Shown piece by piece: positions 12,420-27,315 of a DNA stretch of 64,000 bases (position 1 is the stretch's first letter; each line of letters starts with the position of its first letter). Position numbers and translations under genes: made by a program. The notes under the pieces are model-generated. The model was not told the origin of the DNA and made no database searches. It saw nothing but the letters and a program-made list of their open reading frames with translations. This stretch comes from Eledone cirrhosa. Lineage: Eukaryota. Location of the stretch: assembly GCA_964016885.1 (NCBI GenBank), contig OZ024755.1:372001-436000 (forward strand), in the 5' to 3' direction.

Positions 12420-12710
12420 TTCTGCTGACATGATAAAACCTTTCCATCTCACACAATCTAACATTAACTGCCTCAGTTCTTCACCATATAATTCTCTATC
12501 TTCCTCAATGGCTCTCTATAATGTCTTGAGAGGTCTTCTGCATGTGTTTCCCATTAGCGGGCTCCCATAGTAAAAGTTTTGTAGCCTCTCGTGACATGAA
12601 CTGTAAGTTGAAGACACCTGACATGGATGGTATCGCTAATGGACAAGGGGAGATTGCTGTAGAGAATTTTGTATGTAATACGGTTGAGAGGTTTGACCAG
12701 AATATCTATA
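12420..12710 (-). mobile_element. Old RTE/RTE-X LINE ORF2 C-terminal remnant
   Basis: Minus strand gives degenerate peptides KILYSNLPLSISDTI...LLLWEP...RPLKT resembling RTE-X C-termini. Confidence 0.45.
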
Positions 12711-13216
12711 ACTAATTTTTCTCTAGATTTTACTGTTTCTGCGACATCCAGTATGCATTGCTTTTGTTTTCATGTTTAACCCCAATTTAAAACTAATCCA
12801 GTAAACTTATCATCAAAAACATTCTAGCTATGGCTGCCTTTCTAAAGGTGAATAGAATTACCTTATCTATGGTATCTTTTCCATTCTCCAAGAGAGTCAA
12901 CTGTGATTTGAGGGAGATTTAGCTGCTACTTCTAGCAGTTCAAGTGACCATGTAAAATTTCCCCCACTAGCTCATCATAAAGTTGTTATGCCTGAGTGTT
13001 TTTCCCTTGCACGGTTAAGGGGAACTCTCTTTTAAAAGGTAAAGCTAATCCAAAACACCAGTTACATTGTTTTCACTTTTTTAAATATTATTTTATCTCT
13101 TTCTGTTACATTGACATTACATTAGAAATTCAAATACATTTGTCCATTAAGTTTAATCCCCTTTTTACAATATTATCTATTATTTATAATCCTTTTATTT
13201 CCATATTGTCTATTGT

Positions 13217-13525
13217 TTAACCCTTTTGTTACCATAATGTTAATTACATATTACTCTGGTGTTACTGTATTATGTGTAACCTTGTTGTTACAATATAGTT
13301 CATTATGTGTAACTTTTATGTTGCTGTATTTCTTACGAAACATTCTGCCCATAATGTTCAATTAATTTTGAAAATAATCAATAATTTGGAGGGATTTAAT
13401 AAAATACCTTTCTCGTTATTAAGTTAGCACTTGGAGCATTGCTTAAAGGTTCTTATATAAAATAATTAAATGTTAAAATAAACAGTTCTCTATTGTAGAA
13501 TGTGTGGTAATTGGAGGTGGGTTAA
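13217..13525. mobile_element. piggyBac-like MITE
   Basis: TTAAcccttttgttacca ... gggTTAA, with degenerate internal repeats of the left end. Confidence 0.65.
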
Positions 13526-14444
13526 AATCAATTTAAAATCAATTTTTTAATAGTATTTTGTTTGAAGGTTACCACAAAGTCAATTGGAGGGTAAGTCTTA
13601 ACAATTTAAAAACAATGACAGCTTAAAAATGACAAAAATATACAGCTCCAAACTAGTTTATTCTATTAAATAAGGGACTTTATTCCGAAATATGAAGGAC
13701 CTATAAAGAACTACAAGGTAACAACATTTACCATTGAAGGCACAATGTGGTAGATTTCAAACAAAACATTATTTTCTACATTTTACACAATGTAAACTAC
13801 AACACCCTACTGTTCAATAGTGCAGAATATATTCCTCAGAGTCTGCCGCCAATGTCCTGCTGGCTTTTTGAGATAAACTCCTCCTGGTATTTAATATACT
13901 TCTGTTCACTAATATGAATATATTTGCATTAACATAAATAAAATATCTTTTCAACCATTATCTTCTGCACACACAGGAATATATATAAATGTCATCAGCC
14001 AGGGCAACTTTATGTCGCCAACAAACAAGTGACCAATGTAGAGGTCTTTGTTACAAGGATAAACAGTGATTGACTTCAACTAACCAGGGGTTAGATTCAC
14101 ACATATTCAATAGGTTCACACATATTCATACAAACACACACTATGGCCTTCTAATGTGTGTGTACATATACACACATATTCATACATACACTATGGCTTT
14201 CTATTTATGTGTGTGTGAGTATATTTGTAACTGCATATTTTCAGTTCCCATTCACACTATGTAGGTAAGTGTGGTGAATATTCACGTATGTGTTGCAGCT
14301 CAGAAGTTCATCGTGGGAAGATCAGTCAGTTAGTGAGATAGTTTAAGACAACAAGTCAGCTACAGGTAGGGAGGGCATTTGACAACACTGTTGCAATAAT
14401 GTCTGATCCACACTAGGCCAGTGTGGAAAAGTAGATGTAAAAAC

Positions 14445-14597
14445 GATGATGGCGGTGGTTGTGGTGATGGTGATGGTTGTGGTGATGATGGTGATTGTGG
14501 TGGTTGTGGTGATGATGAATGTGATGATGATGATGATGGTGAGGATGATGGTGGTGGCGGTGATGATGACGATGCTGGTGGTGGTGATGATGATAAT
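14445..14597. repeat. (GAT/GGT)n microsatellite
   Basis: Direct inspection; source of the poly-His/Asp/Thr ORFs. Confidence 0.95.
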
Positions 14598-15543
14598 ATA
14601 ACATGGTAAATAAACAGATACTAAGTGACAGGATATAAGAAAAAATATAGAAAATAAGAATATTTTCAGATAATGTAACATTAAAGGTGTTTGGGTATGA
14701 GGGAAGATGGGTGGTTAAGTGGGATAGAATCTCCCTCCATGTAAAATGTAAGGGTCTTATAGCTGCATAATCAGCATGTTTGGGCTTTAAAGTTTCATGC
14801 AAGAATCGTAATCCATTAAAAATCATTTCTAAATCTCTTCATGTTTATCGTGGAGGCATTGATACAGGATTACAAGAACAGATTCCCTTTAAAAACTAGT
14901 TTATGTTGCTGTCATGAATAACAGAATCTATGAAGTTCAAAGACTGCGTGGAATGTGAATCCAAAATTAAAGAGCCTTCACAGCCTGGAATTTCTGCATT
15001 AAATATGACATGTTCCTTGGTGATGCTGGATGTTTTTGTTTTTGTTGTTATTTCCACAGTGTTGTTGGGTAGGAGGCTCTGCAATAATTCCATCATCATC
15101 ATTTAATATCCACTTTCTCTGCTAGCAACAGTTGGATGATCAGTACTCAATTGGAGTCCTTGTTCTCTAAAGAGATCACCATGCTATAGTATCTAGTTTA
15201 GCAGCTACTGGTAGATCCATAATTTCTATATTGTCAAGTAGTTTGTGGTCACGAATCTCATAATATGGTTTTGAAAGGTCTCAATTTTACTAATCATGGA
15301 TGAGGTCCAGTTCACATATTCAAGACGATAAAGGATGCCAGGAAGGACAGATACACATTACTTCAAAAAGGACCCCATTTCATGGGTCCTGCAAGGTTAA
15401 ACCCCAGAAATGCTTGTTTTTTTATGTTGATTTGTTCACAACAAAATACGTTAAAGTGAGAAAGAAAGACAGAAGCACCACCAACCCTTAAATCCACCTG
15501 ATCACAGGAAGTAACAGATTTAATAAACTTCCATTTAGCTTAC

Positions 15544-15724
15544 CCTTTTGGATCCAGAAGATCGTGAACTTTCTCATTATATATTTCCATATATGATACT
15601 TCTACTTTATAGGTCAAATCAGGGTCATCATTTGTGGCTATTTTCTCAAAGAGGGCATCACACAAACGAGGTATTATTCCTTTCTCGTCTGCAGTTCCCA
15701 TCATAGTATATGATTTGCCAGAAC
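15544..15724 (-). CDS. KIF13: KIF13-like exon (GSGKSYTMMG...VEVSYMEIYNEKVHDLLDPK(G))
   Basis: ttttcaccag|GT TCT GGC AAA...CCA AAA GG|gtaagc. 181 nt, phase 1 to 2. Completes P-loop GQTGSGKS and carries SYMEIYNE. Confidence 0.96.
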
Positions 15725-16333
15725 CTGGTGAAAATAGTTTCAACAAAAAAGATAAGATTTACAAATGCATACAAAAAATATAAATATATATCAATAAATA
15801 AAATGCAAAACTGAATCTAATAGCTGTAAAATGGAAATAGTTGTTAAGATGGAGAAATCGTTTGTCTTCTTTTATTAATCTTGAAAAGCAAAGAAACCAT
15901 TACATTTAATATCACTGCAATTCTATAGAGAATATTTTTCAACAAAATTTATGTTACAATAACAGTTAGAATCCTTACAATATTACAATTTACAGAGAAA
16001 TAAAAGTATGTTTCAAGATTTTTATTGGTAAAGTAAAATATTTGTTAAAAAATATATATCTCATGTCATATTAGGAAAAAAATCCATAAAAATAAAATAA
16101 AATGAAATATTGTAGTTGTTGCTTTGATTTTATCTTTCTAGATTCTAAGTTCAAATCTTGCCTGAAATAAAATTACTTTTTAGTTCTCCCTCTCTCTGCT
16201 GGCATGGGTTGACAGGTGGGGGGAGAGGGGAGATATTCAGCTGTTTGCAAACAGATTCCATAGCAAACATTTCATCAATAAATTAATAACTTTACTAAAT
16301 GCAGGAATGTCACAGTTTATTTCCTTCTTACTA

Positions 16334-16573
16334 TAAACCCCTTCATTACCATATTTCTAATGATTTTCAAATCATTTGAAAAATAACCAAGAATTTTGAG
16401 AGGAGTCAATATTTAAAAATAACTTTCTCATTATATATTAAGCTGCTGTTCAGAAAATAACTTAAAGCTTTTTTTAAAAACATTTTTGATAAATATAAAC
16501 ATGTTAAAAGAAAGGGTTTTGTATCATATAAAACAAAGAATGGTTTGAGGAATTTTGGTATCAAATGGGTTAA
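16334..16573. mobile_element. piggyBac-like MITE
   Basis: aacccc..ttaccatatttctaatg ... tggtatcaaatgggTTAA. Confidence 0.65.
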
Positions 16574-16922
16574 TTAATGAATAATTGTGATACCACTCTC
16601 CCTGAAGTCATTTTATAAAAAAATATATTTTTAACTATTTGCACTTGAATCAAGATATTACCTTTGTTTTGTCTTTTATTCAGTTATGTTCCAAACACAA
16701 GTTTAATAATGGAGAAGTTAATTATTTTATTAAATCCCTCCAGATTCTTCATTACTTTAATTTTTAATTAAAAAACAAGCAGGAAACTTCTGCTTTCAAC
16801 TCCTGACAAATAGAAGGGATCTATAGGCAGGTAAATTAATTATGTTCTTATTGTCAAAGTCATTGTTAATGTCAAAAGCAAACACCTTTTTTTGGTGTTT
16901 TTTTTTTTTTTGCTGAAGTTCT

Positions 16923-17035
16923 CAACAGCATGGGATCACTGACATGTGATGTAACCTAGCAACAGTATAGGGATCACTGACATGTGATGTAGCCTAGCAA
17001 CAGTATAGGGATCACTGACATGTGATGTAGCCTAG
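16923..17035. repeat. 38-bp tandem repeat, 3 copies
   Basis: Unit caacagtatagggatcactgacatgtgatgtagcctag. Confidence 0.92.
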
Positions 17036-17742
17036 TGTATCTAATAGATCTGTCCCCACAGAGACTTTACTGGTGGTTATTGAGAAGAGTGAAAAATTCA
17101 ACATGATAAAACAGATGACAGTACATGACGCAATAATTGTCTTGGACATCATCATCGTGGTCCCTAACACTTCTAGGAGGACAGACCATGATGACACAAC
17201 TCAGGTACGTGTGGAAAGTGTACATAAAATAACGATGACCTTATTTTACTACTGCAGGGTGCCCATGCAGATAATCATATCTTCCACATACTCCACCCCC
17301 TACAAACACAAACGTGTATGTACTTATGTATGGAAAATAAATCCTTGGTGGTTTACTTGCATAAAATTTATCACAGTTAACAATAGCAACTAATTAACCC
17401 TTTTTATTAAAAGAGTTAACTCTACATAAATAGTATTTATATAAATATGTTCAAATCAAACCTTTTGAAAAGGTCAATTGTTATTCCAAAGACCAACTTG
17501 AGAAAAATCTACCAAAATAATTTGATTGATATATCTAAACAGGAAACCTTTTTATTAGCATTTAATCTTATCAAAAAAAAGACAGATTCATGGCAATAGT
17601 GTCACTGTAAAATAGAATTCAGTTTCTATGGCAATGACATTTTACTTTGCTTCACCTAAAGATTTTTACTGTAACATGAGATTCATTTCTCCTAAATTTA
17701 CTGCATTTACTGTGAATTTGAAGAACTTCAAAGAAGATCGAT

Positions 17743-18269
17743 TTAACCCTTTGTTACCATATTTCTAATGCAAGATGCTACCTATAATTTAGAAATCATA
17801 TATAAAATAATCAAGGTGGTCAATTGGTAGAGTCGTTAGAGCATCCTACAAAATACTTTGCAGTATGTGTTCTGGTACTCTGTAATCTGAGTTCAAATAC
17901 TATTGAGGTCAACTTTATCTTTCATCCTTTCAAGGTCAATAGAAGAAGTACCAGTCCAGAACTGGGGTTGATTTGTTGATTCTTCCTCTATATTTCTCAC
18001 CTCCTCTTTCTCTCCTTCTCTTAAAGAAATTAATTGTTTTCTGGCGTGGATGGGTTCTGCCATGTTTACAATGCCCAGGACATGCTGTATGTCACAACAG
18101 TGCTTCTATGATTCCATCAAGAGTTATGGGCCAATACATATAAAATAATAAACAATTTTAGGGGGATTTAGTAATATAACAAACTTTCTCATTAAATACT
18201 TTAAAAAACAGTTTTGTAACAATGGAAGCAGAGGCAGTTTCAGGTTGTTTGTTGTATCAAAAGGGTTAA
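17743..18269. mobile_element. piggyBac-like MITE with nested family A SINE (about 17814-17990)
   Basis: TTAAccctttgttacca ... tatcaaaagggTTAA; atataaaataat recurs on both sides of the insert (about 17800 and 18139). Confidence 0.7.
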
Positions 18270-20096
18270 AACAGTATTTTCTTAGTTTCTATCCTACCTA
18301 GTACTGAATATAAAAAAAAAAAAAAATTAAAATAGAAAAATCAAGTATATGAATTAAGATGAACATATTTGTGAAGGAAGATTTCTGTCTCTGAGTTTTG
18401 TAATTCCTAACTAAATTCTTTACCGTTAAATCCAGTATGGATTTTCTTCAAACACCTGATTATTGGTGTCAGTTTCTAGAGTGATTAAGGTGCGAGGTAG
18501 GATTTAAACATGGATCTCTGTTCAGTTATTCAGAAATTTCAGAATCTAACGTCACTTGAGAAAAGGATTAATTATCTTAACTCTTCTTTCTGGCAATCCT
18601 TTACAAAGAAACTTGTTACATCAGAGCATGTAATACGTGTATGTTTTGTGAAATTCCCATGAATTTCAGATAATTTTGAAAATGAATAAAGATTTGGAGG
18701 ATTTAGTAAAATAAACTAACATTTCCATTTCTGGTGTTTGGAACATAACTTAAAGGTTCTTACATAAAATTATGATGAAAGGTTTTAGTTTAAATACAAA
18801 AAACTTAAAAACAGTTTTGAATCACAGAACTAGGGGTAGTTTTGTATCAAAAGTTTAAAGTTACTTCAACAAAATTCCTTCTGATTAGTCGATTGTTTAA
18901 TTTTCACAAGGGGGTGGGGTATTTTATATTTCATTACTTTGTAAAAAAAAAATTAATAATAATAATGTTGGTACTACAACATTCAGATATATTAAAAAGA
19001 TGGATTAGATGTTAGATGTAATTGAAAGTCTAAGAGAATAAGGAATGTCAAATATAGCAGACTGAGAATAGTTTGCCAAGTGGGGTGGAACTCTTCAAAT
19101 CGAACCAAGGAGACAATGTTTCCGTCAGTCTTTCCAGTTGCTAATATCATCTACCAACAAGATCTATATGTTAGTAAGCCAGTAACAAAAAATCTTGGTA
19201 ACATGTAGGTACTGAGATGTCATTTTTATGTTCATCTTATTTTATATAACTGAGGTGTGTCTTGGTTGGTGTACCTTTGGTGCTGGAAAATATGTTACTT
19301 CTCTTGTAATAAATCTACAGACAGTTTTGAAGACAAGTTGTCGAAAGTATTAAAAATATTTGTATGAAATATTTCTAATACCTACCAACATTGCATATAT
19401 ATATTTGTAATGTTTGTTTATTTGTAGTGAAGAGCTTTAAAGAAACTGCAACCTAAGAACTAAAAATATTATGACTTACTCAAATACACATACTCACACA
19501 CATGTATGTATGTGTGTATATAATATGTATATACATATGTATGGTATGGCATTTTTTGTGCGTATCTATAAGCATATATTATATTAGCAGAACAAACAGA
19601 ATTTAGAAAATCAGTTTAAGATATCAACATAATTCTATACAGACTTTATATTCCATGCAATAATGTAGAAATATAGACTATTTTCAAAATAAACGAATTT
19701 AGCAAGTTTACAAACTTTTGAAAATTGCAAAATTGATGGAAGATGCCAAATTTAACTGAAACAAGCATTCGCTTTATTTCTGTTCTTTCTATTCAAAGAT
19801 CAAAGAGAAACAAGAAATCAAATATCTGAATATTAATTCTATCTCTTTTGTCTTCATTATGTTCTCTGGCATTTGCTATGTTCTATTCACATTGTTTATT
19901 CTAAACAGAAAACAAGAATGGAAAGCAAAACAAAATGTTTTAAAATCAAAATTAATAAATATTAAACATAAAAGAAACAAAAACCCTTGCTTTTCTCATA
20001 AAATTTGGCTCATTTTACGTTAACTCCAGAGAAAATCCACTACTTCACATCCATCACAACACAACTTTCAACTTAGTTTTATCCATGCAACAGGTC

Positions 20097-20390
20097 TTAA
20101 CCCCTTTTTGGTACCATATTTATAATGAAAGGCACTGCTTATGATTTTGAAAATCAAGAATTTGGAGGAATTTAGAAAAGATAACTGAATTTCTCATTAT
20201 AAATCTGGTGTTTGGAGCCTAACATTACAAAAGGTTCAGATATAAAATTATAATGGAAAATTTTTAGATAAATATAAACAGCTTAACCCTTTTTTTACCA
20301 GCCAAACTAAAACCGGTTCTGATTCTATGTAATAAAATCAGCCATTTTAAAAGTTTCTAATTTACACATTTCACCAATTAATTATATAAA
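20097..20390. mobile_element. Two abutting piggyBac-like MITE fragments
   Basis: TTAAccc at 20097 and at 20283, representing the two different ends of the family. Confidence 0.6.
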
Positions 20391-21366
20391 CACTAGAGCT
20401 CTTGTGTAAATTACTTGACAGCAATTGAGTCTTTCTACAAACAAATTCTGTCATAAGAGCAGAGATTACATGTCTCCTAATCCTTAAGACAACAAGCCAA
20501 AACAGATGAGTGAAGGTGAGTGGCCTTATGATTATGCTGTTGGAATAATAATTATTAAGTAGTGATTCTCTGAGTTAGCCTCTCTGATGACAGTTAAAGA
20601 ACTCGAAACAGTGCTGCCAGAGTGCTCTTCCTTGATTAGTTGCTAATGACCAATGGTGAATTAATCACCATTTTCAACATTTATAGCAAGGCTATAAAAA
20701 TGTTTATCTACATGAACATTTTTGTATATGTTTCAATATATAATCCCAGTCATGCAACAATTATAAGGTGATGGGTTTGTTCCCTGGACTGTGTGGTGCA
20801 TTGTGTTCTTGAAAAATATGTTCCATTTCTCATTGCTCAGTCAACTCAGTAGGAAGAGGGGGAGCAGGGCAAACATTAGTACCAGCAGCAACAGTTATGG
20901 GTTTGCCCCTGTAATAGATTGGTCAGGGAGGTTGGGTTATTCAACAACAACTGCTCAGTCTTATCAAAGTGATTGTTTAATAAAAAGAATCCTGGGGGTT
21001 ACTTAAACATTTTTCCATTATTTATCATTTAACATTGATTTGAGTTTCTCTTTATAAGCCGTAATAAGAAAAACTAAACAATTTAATCCTACATACACAA
21101 CATGATCAAATATTCAGAGAATAAATCGCCAGAATATCTACCAAAGTTGTACACAGTTCATGTAAGATGTTTATTGATATCCTAACATATAAAATTCACA
21201 ACCAATAACAGTCAAACTAAACAACAAAACAACAATATGGAATAATAATGGAGAAAGTTATTTTCCAAAAGTTAATATACTAAGAAAGGCTGACACATTG
21301 TTAAAATATGACTGACAGCTTTTATTAACATATTTCTAATAAATATATAGTAATGTATTCATATAT

Positions 21367-21480
21367 AGTGGAACCTTGGTTCACAAACTTAATAAATATA
21401 TAGCAATGTATTTATATATATAATGGAATCTTGGTTCACAAACTTAATTCATTCCTGAAAGCCATTCGTTCAGTCTGAAA
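21367..21480 (+). mobile_element. pogo/Tigger-like TIR remnant, tandemly duplicated (opposite-end copy at about 55720-55742)
   Basis: tagtggaaccttggttcacaaac occurs twice; gttcgtaaaccaaggttccact at 55721. Confidence 0.5.
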
Positions 21481-21766
21481 CAAAGAATTAATTTTTTTGT
21501 ATCATTCAGTGGGTAGAGACTACATCAGATAATTTGACATGTGTGGCCTGTGTACAAATACAACTTGATGAGGATAGAACCTGGAAATTACATGGTTATG
21601 GAGCAAACTCCTTAACTACATGGCTAGGACTGTCCATGTTCAAACAACAACAACAAACAACAAGCTATGTAACAGTTGAAGTAACTTCTGAAGCTAAACA
21701 TGCTTTCAAATATCAAGTTGAAATATTTCTGTCTACTTACACTAATATATATATATACACACACAC

Positions 21767-21830
<64 letters not shown>

Positions 21831-23795
21831 ACTCACACACACACATATATATATATATACATACATACAGACATATATAAATCAATACTATGAACTTATA
21901 GATTAATGACTCAAGCAAGTAGACCGCAGCTAATAAGATGATGCTTTTATGTTATTTGATCTTCAAATAGTTAAGAAATAGCTTTATTCTTTTTTTTTCC
22001 CTTTTGTTGTTATTGTTGTTTAATCCCAGGTCAGCACCGCATCATGCAAACCTCTGATCAAAGACATTCTCATAATTTATGTTCTGTCTATTTTTTATAG
22101 AGGATGAAGGGAATAGAACCAGTGGTGAATATTGTAAAGAAAAATGGAATGAGATGGTTAGGTCGTGTGCTGAGCAACATGACAAGCAGTGAGGATGAAC
22201 AAAAAGAAAAAAAGCTTATCCAGACATGCCAGCCTAGAGAGAGAGAGAGAGAGAGAGAATTGATTAGTAGAGCTAGTAATATTTATATTGACGTATAAAT
22301 TAAAGAATTACAAAGCTAGCAATCTAAAGTGTCGCTATTCTTTCCAACACAATCGACAAGTTCTGATGTACAAACAAAACAAAAAGAACCAACAACTAAA
22401 ATAATTTCTAAAATCAATTTAGTGTTGTTCTTCTACAAAGTATTTTAAAACCAGAGTGATGGAGATAAACCTTTCAAGCATAGAAGAAATGGGTGTAAAA
22501 AACGATGCTACTGATGAGTAGATAAGCTCTGAGGAATGAATAGCAAGAGTTATGCTCCAGTTTATTTATAGGTTGATTATTAAATATATTTAACTGAAAT
22601 TATGTTAAAACATTTACCAACTGTATACAGGCACAAAATTGGCTGTGTGGTTAAGAAGTTCTCTTTTGCAACCACGTGGTTTTGGGTTAAATCCCACTGT
22701 GCAGCACCTACTAAAATAAGTATCATCTACAATAACTTTGGGTTGACCAATACTGAAATTCACCTATTCTGTATTTATATATGTATATATAATCGTTAAA
22801 CTATGATGATGATGATGAATCTGGTAAGTCTTAATTTTGTTAAATAATTTTACAAATCACCTTTGATATCGTATTTATCTGATGTTCATCATTGGCTTAT
22901 TTCACTTATTTCTTGGTTTGGGTAAAATATTTGGTTTTTCATGTTGTGTTGTAAAAATTAAACTTTTCAATTGAACTCACAACCTCACAATTATATATCC
23001 AATTCTCTAACCACTAAGCCACACACATTCACATAAACAGGAAATATATTTGTTATTGAATATTGGACTCTAGAGGAATTTCCATAGTTTAACAATTTTA
23101 AGGAATAAAAATATCCATTTTTGTCCAACACTCACAACGGTATCGTTATAGGAACCTATAATTGGAAATAAATGGATGTAACAAGATTTACAAACAACTT
23201 GATACAAGATAAAATGCTTATCTTCAAGTTACTCACTGAAAATATACAGCCTCCATGAAACTAAATGCATTATCTATTTGATAATATAGGAGAGAAAATA
23301 ACCTAGCATTTACATCGAAACAGGCAAGAAATAGGAAAAATACATGCAGCTGCATCTAACATACATTGTAAAAGAGATAGCTGACTGAATTAGTTATTCT
23401 CTCATAAACAAATATTCAAAATTATTCCTTCTTATCAATATATAATCATATCTTGAGATATTGCTTCTAAAGTAAGAAGTAAATATAAAAAATATATTGG
23501 TGGAATCTTGATGATAGTTTCAATTCTATCTACAGGCTGGATATTTATCGGAAAAAATATAAAGAAATCAATTTATCTTTGGGTAATGATCCAAGAATTG
23601 AAGCTAAGCAATACTACTTTGAATGATTTTTTAACAGTTTAGAATAGTGCAATACTTGCTTTGAAGGTGAGCTTCTGATGCATATAACTGATATATATCA
23701 TTATCATCAATTAACGTCTATCTTCCATGCTACCATGGGTTAGACGGGTCCCATTTAGAGGTATGTTGGGTCGGGTGACCATGTCTCGCTCATAA

Positions 23796-23828
<33 letters not shown>

Positions 23829-24366
23829 AAGAGAGAGAGAGAGTCCAATATTAAAAAAGACAAACACAGCGATACAATAACAGAATATCTTAGTTTCCCA
23901 TTTATTGGAAAAGGAAAAGGAATGCCTAAACAAGTCATACGTTAGTCCTTCATCAGCAGAAATAGGAGGATGAAAGGAAGGTTGAAGAGGAGTAAAATGT
24001 TTATGTAAATGTGTATGTGTGTATATACCATTGTTTAACATCTGCTTTCCCTGCTAGAAAGAGTTGGGCAGGTCAGACCAAGTCAGTACTGATGCGGAGC
24101 TACTGACACTCAGACAGCCTGGGTCTGCATTTTCCTTACATATGGTCTTACATTCTATCGAGTACACAGGGGAGGTTGTCATGTCTTTGACACAACTAAA
24201 GGGTCACCCAACCATTTGTTTGGCAAGCTTTCAATGGCTAGATGCTATCACCAACCACTTTACAGCAGGTGTGTTTATCATGTACTCAATGCATGGGGAG
24301 ATTCAGAGTGGGTATAGATATAGGCCAGGATTTTACCTCTCTCTCTTTTTCTCTGTATATATATAT

Positions 24367-24440
<74 letters not shown>

Positions 24441-25543
24441 GAGGTGAAATGGCAAAGAATCATCTACAAACCAGAAGGTTTATTATATCAAAAGAGAGTT
24501 TATACCTTAAACATAGAAACATATTACTTTACTGAAAAATATTCACTGAAAAAATTTCCTTTTGAAAAAAAATTTTGAGTGTGTATGTATGTGTATAGAT
24601 ATATATATATAAAATCTTTTGCTTCAGGCATTATGAGCCTCTGTCTAAACTAACCAAACGAAATATCCATATTTGAATGATAAAAAAAACAAAAACAATA
24701 CAAAACCTCTATCAAAGAACATGACCAAGATCAAAAACTATTTGATAAACAAGATATCTGAACTTCAATACACTTCTCTGTCAGCATTTAACATATTTTT
24801 TTCCTTTCTAATTCAAAGAAATGTTAATTGAACATTTCCCAAGAGTTCATGATAAGCAAGCTGTTGTTTTGTTTCTTTTTCCATTTGACATTCTTTTATC
24901 TGCTGCTATGTTTACTTGCAACAAAATAAACCTGATGTCAAGATATTATCACGTTTTCAAAAGATGTCTTAACACCTTTTTTTAAAATTCATGTTTATCA
25001 TGATTCTCACCTTTGTCATATACCCATTTCTTTCAGTCTCAATATATAACAAGCACACACACAGACACATTGGATGTGTGTATACATATATATGTATATA
25101 TACATGTACATACATATGTATTTATACAAATATATATACCATACATATATAAAACACAGATTATATATCCTTTTATACAGACATACATATATATATATGA
25201 GAGATTATATCTCTTATACAGACATGCATATATATATAATACAGATTATATATCCTTTCAGACATAGACACACATACATATGGTGGTGCGTGTGTATATA
25301 TATATATATATGTATATATACATAATCATCTTCACTTTCTCTCTCTCATGTGTGTATATATGTGTCTGTGTGTATATATATGTGTGTATGTATGTGTATG
25401 TCCCCTCTTTGATTCCAGCAGTTTCCATAAACAACAATCCAGAAGAAAACACAAATCTATTTGCTTTCCAGTATTCAAAACTAAATACATTTTATGAATT
25501 TCAAATATATTCAAATCCTCATAATTTAACATCCATTTTCCCC

Positions 25544-25575
<32 letters not shown>

Positions 25576-26244
25576 CACACACACACATCCTAACAAGCAG
25601 ACACAAGTGTCTTCATATATATATATATACACACACGTGTATATATATATATATGTGTGTGTGTGTGTCAGTCATATCTATTTACATATATATTTTTCCA
25701 ATATTTTCATTCACATATTTTAGAAAAAAATTTTTTTTCAATAAATATACATTTATAAACTTATTAAAACACTTTGAAAACCACATTTAAAATCTATTTT
25801 ATTTTCTAAGTGTAAGATTTAAAAAGATGATGCTTGGTTAAGAATGCAGAACAAACAAAATTATGGATATGATGATATCCACCTAAAACCCTTACAAATA
25901 ATGCAATAAAATAGATACTCTCCTATCTTTCTGCTATACAACAACAAAAGATGAACACCTATTTTATATTTGTGAATAAATTTACATCTTAAGCTTCGTT
26001 GAACAAACAATATTTTTCTCCTTTGGATAAGCCACTTAGGATATGAAATCAGGCAGAAATATCACTTGAATTTTATATTATGCTTATCTATGTGATTGTG
26101 TTTATACAAGCTGTATATGTTTGCATTCTTACACACACACATATGCATAAAAACAAACATACATACCTATCTACATGTGTATTTGGATACATATATACAT
26201 ACACATTGATATATATATATACATATATATATCTATATACTTAT

Positions 26245-26590
26245 GGAGGCACATGGCTTAGTGGTTAGAGCATTGACCTTGCAATCGAAAGGTTGTGAGT
26301 TCAATTCTCAGACCGGGTGATGTGTTGTTTCCTTGAGCAAGACACTTTATTTCACATTGCTGCAGTTTCCTCAGCTGTAGAAATGAGATGATAGGGACCC
26401 CAGTCCCTATCATTCCACTGCAAAGTGGTCATGGAGGTGCCACGGCAAAAAAGCACCCAGCACTCACTGTAAATGAGGTTGGTGTTAGGAAGGGCATCCA
26501 GCTGTAGAAATCAAGCCAGAATCTGTTCCTATCCCACCCTTGCAAGCAGGGAAAAGTGGACGTAAAATGAAATGATGATGATGAAATGAT
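26245..26590 (+). mobile_element. tRNA-derived SINE, family B, with RTE-type 3' tail
   Basis: A box TGGCTTAGTGG, B box GAGTTCAATTC, CCTTGAGCAAGACACTT core, AGGAAGGGCATCCAGC, tail matching RTE 52345-52373, then (ATG)n. Confidence 0.88.
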
Positions 26591-27093
26591 ACTTAAGTAT
26601 ATCAGTGTTCACATTATATATAAATATATATAAAACGATGATGATGATGATATGTATATGTAGGTATACATATTTTGCATGCATCACATGTAAGAATAGT
26701 GCAAAATGCACATAGATTGTTTGAGGAATACACATGAATATAGTTCATCTGAGTGTGTATATATGAAATAAATGTAAGTATAAGATACCTTTAATATCAT
26801 TGTTTAGAAAAGTTGAAATAGGAATGGCAGGTAAAAGAGACACTAGATATAATTACACAGGTCAACCTTCTCCCTGTTCAGCCCTGGTCAACAACACAAC
26901 CACAGACACTAGATAGAATCACTAGGGCCCATCTTCTCCCTGTTTATTAGTTTAATGCTTAATATAGTAGGAAAAGAGTCTTGTCATTTCAGATGTCAGT
27001 CCTTCATTGGAAGATAGAATGAAAGAGAAGAAAAAGAAAGACAGATGATGGGAAAACACGTGTATTGAGTCGAATAACATTTCCACATCTATT

Positions 27094-27315
27094 TTAACCC
27101 TTTTAATAACAAACTACCAGAAAAATGACCCTGATTTAACAATTCTAAGCTATTTTAAAGTGTTTATACTTATCGAAATATCATCTATCATAAGAACTTT
27201 TGGTACTTTAATATAAATTAGTTTTGTTACTTAAATTTCCCCTAAAATATTTTTGAAATAACTTGAAATTCATATGCAGTGTCTTTCATTAGAAATGTGG
27301 CAATAAAAAGGTTAA
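27094..27315. mobile_element. piggyBac-like MITE
   Basis: TTAAcccttt ... aaaaggTTAA. Confidence 0.6.

Noticed and set aside
16923-17035. 38-bp repeats resembling CRISPR repeat length
   Set aside because: Units are contiguous with no unique spacers, there are no cas genes, and the context is a eukaryotic intron.
26245-26315. tRNA-like sequence with A and B boxes
   Set aside because: It is the head of a SINE, continuing into core and tail, with no proper acceptor stem.
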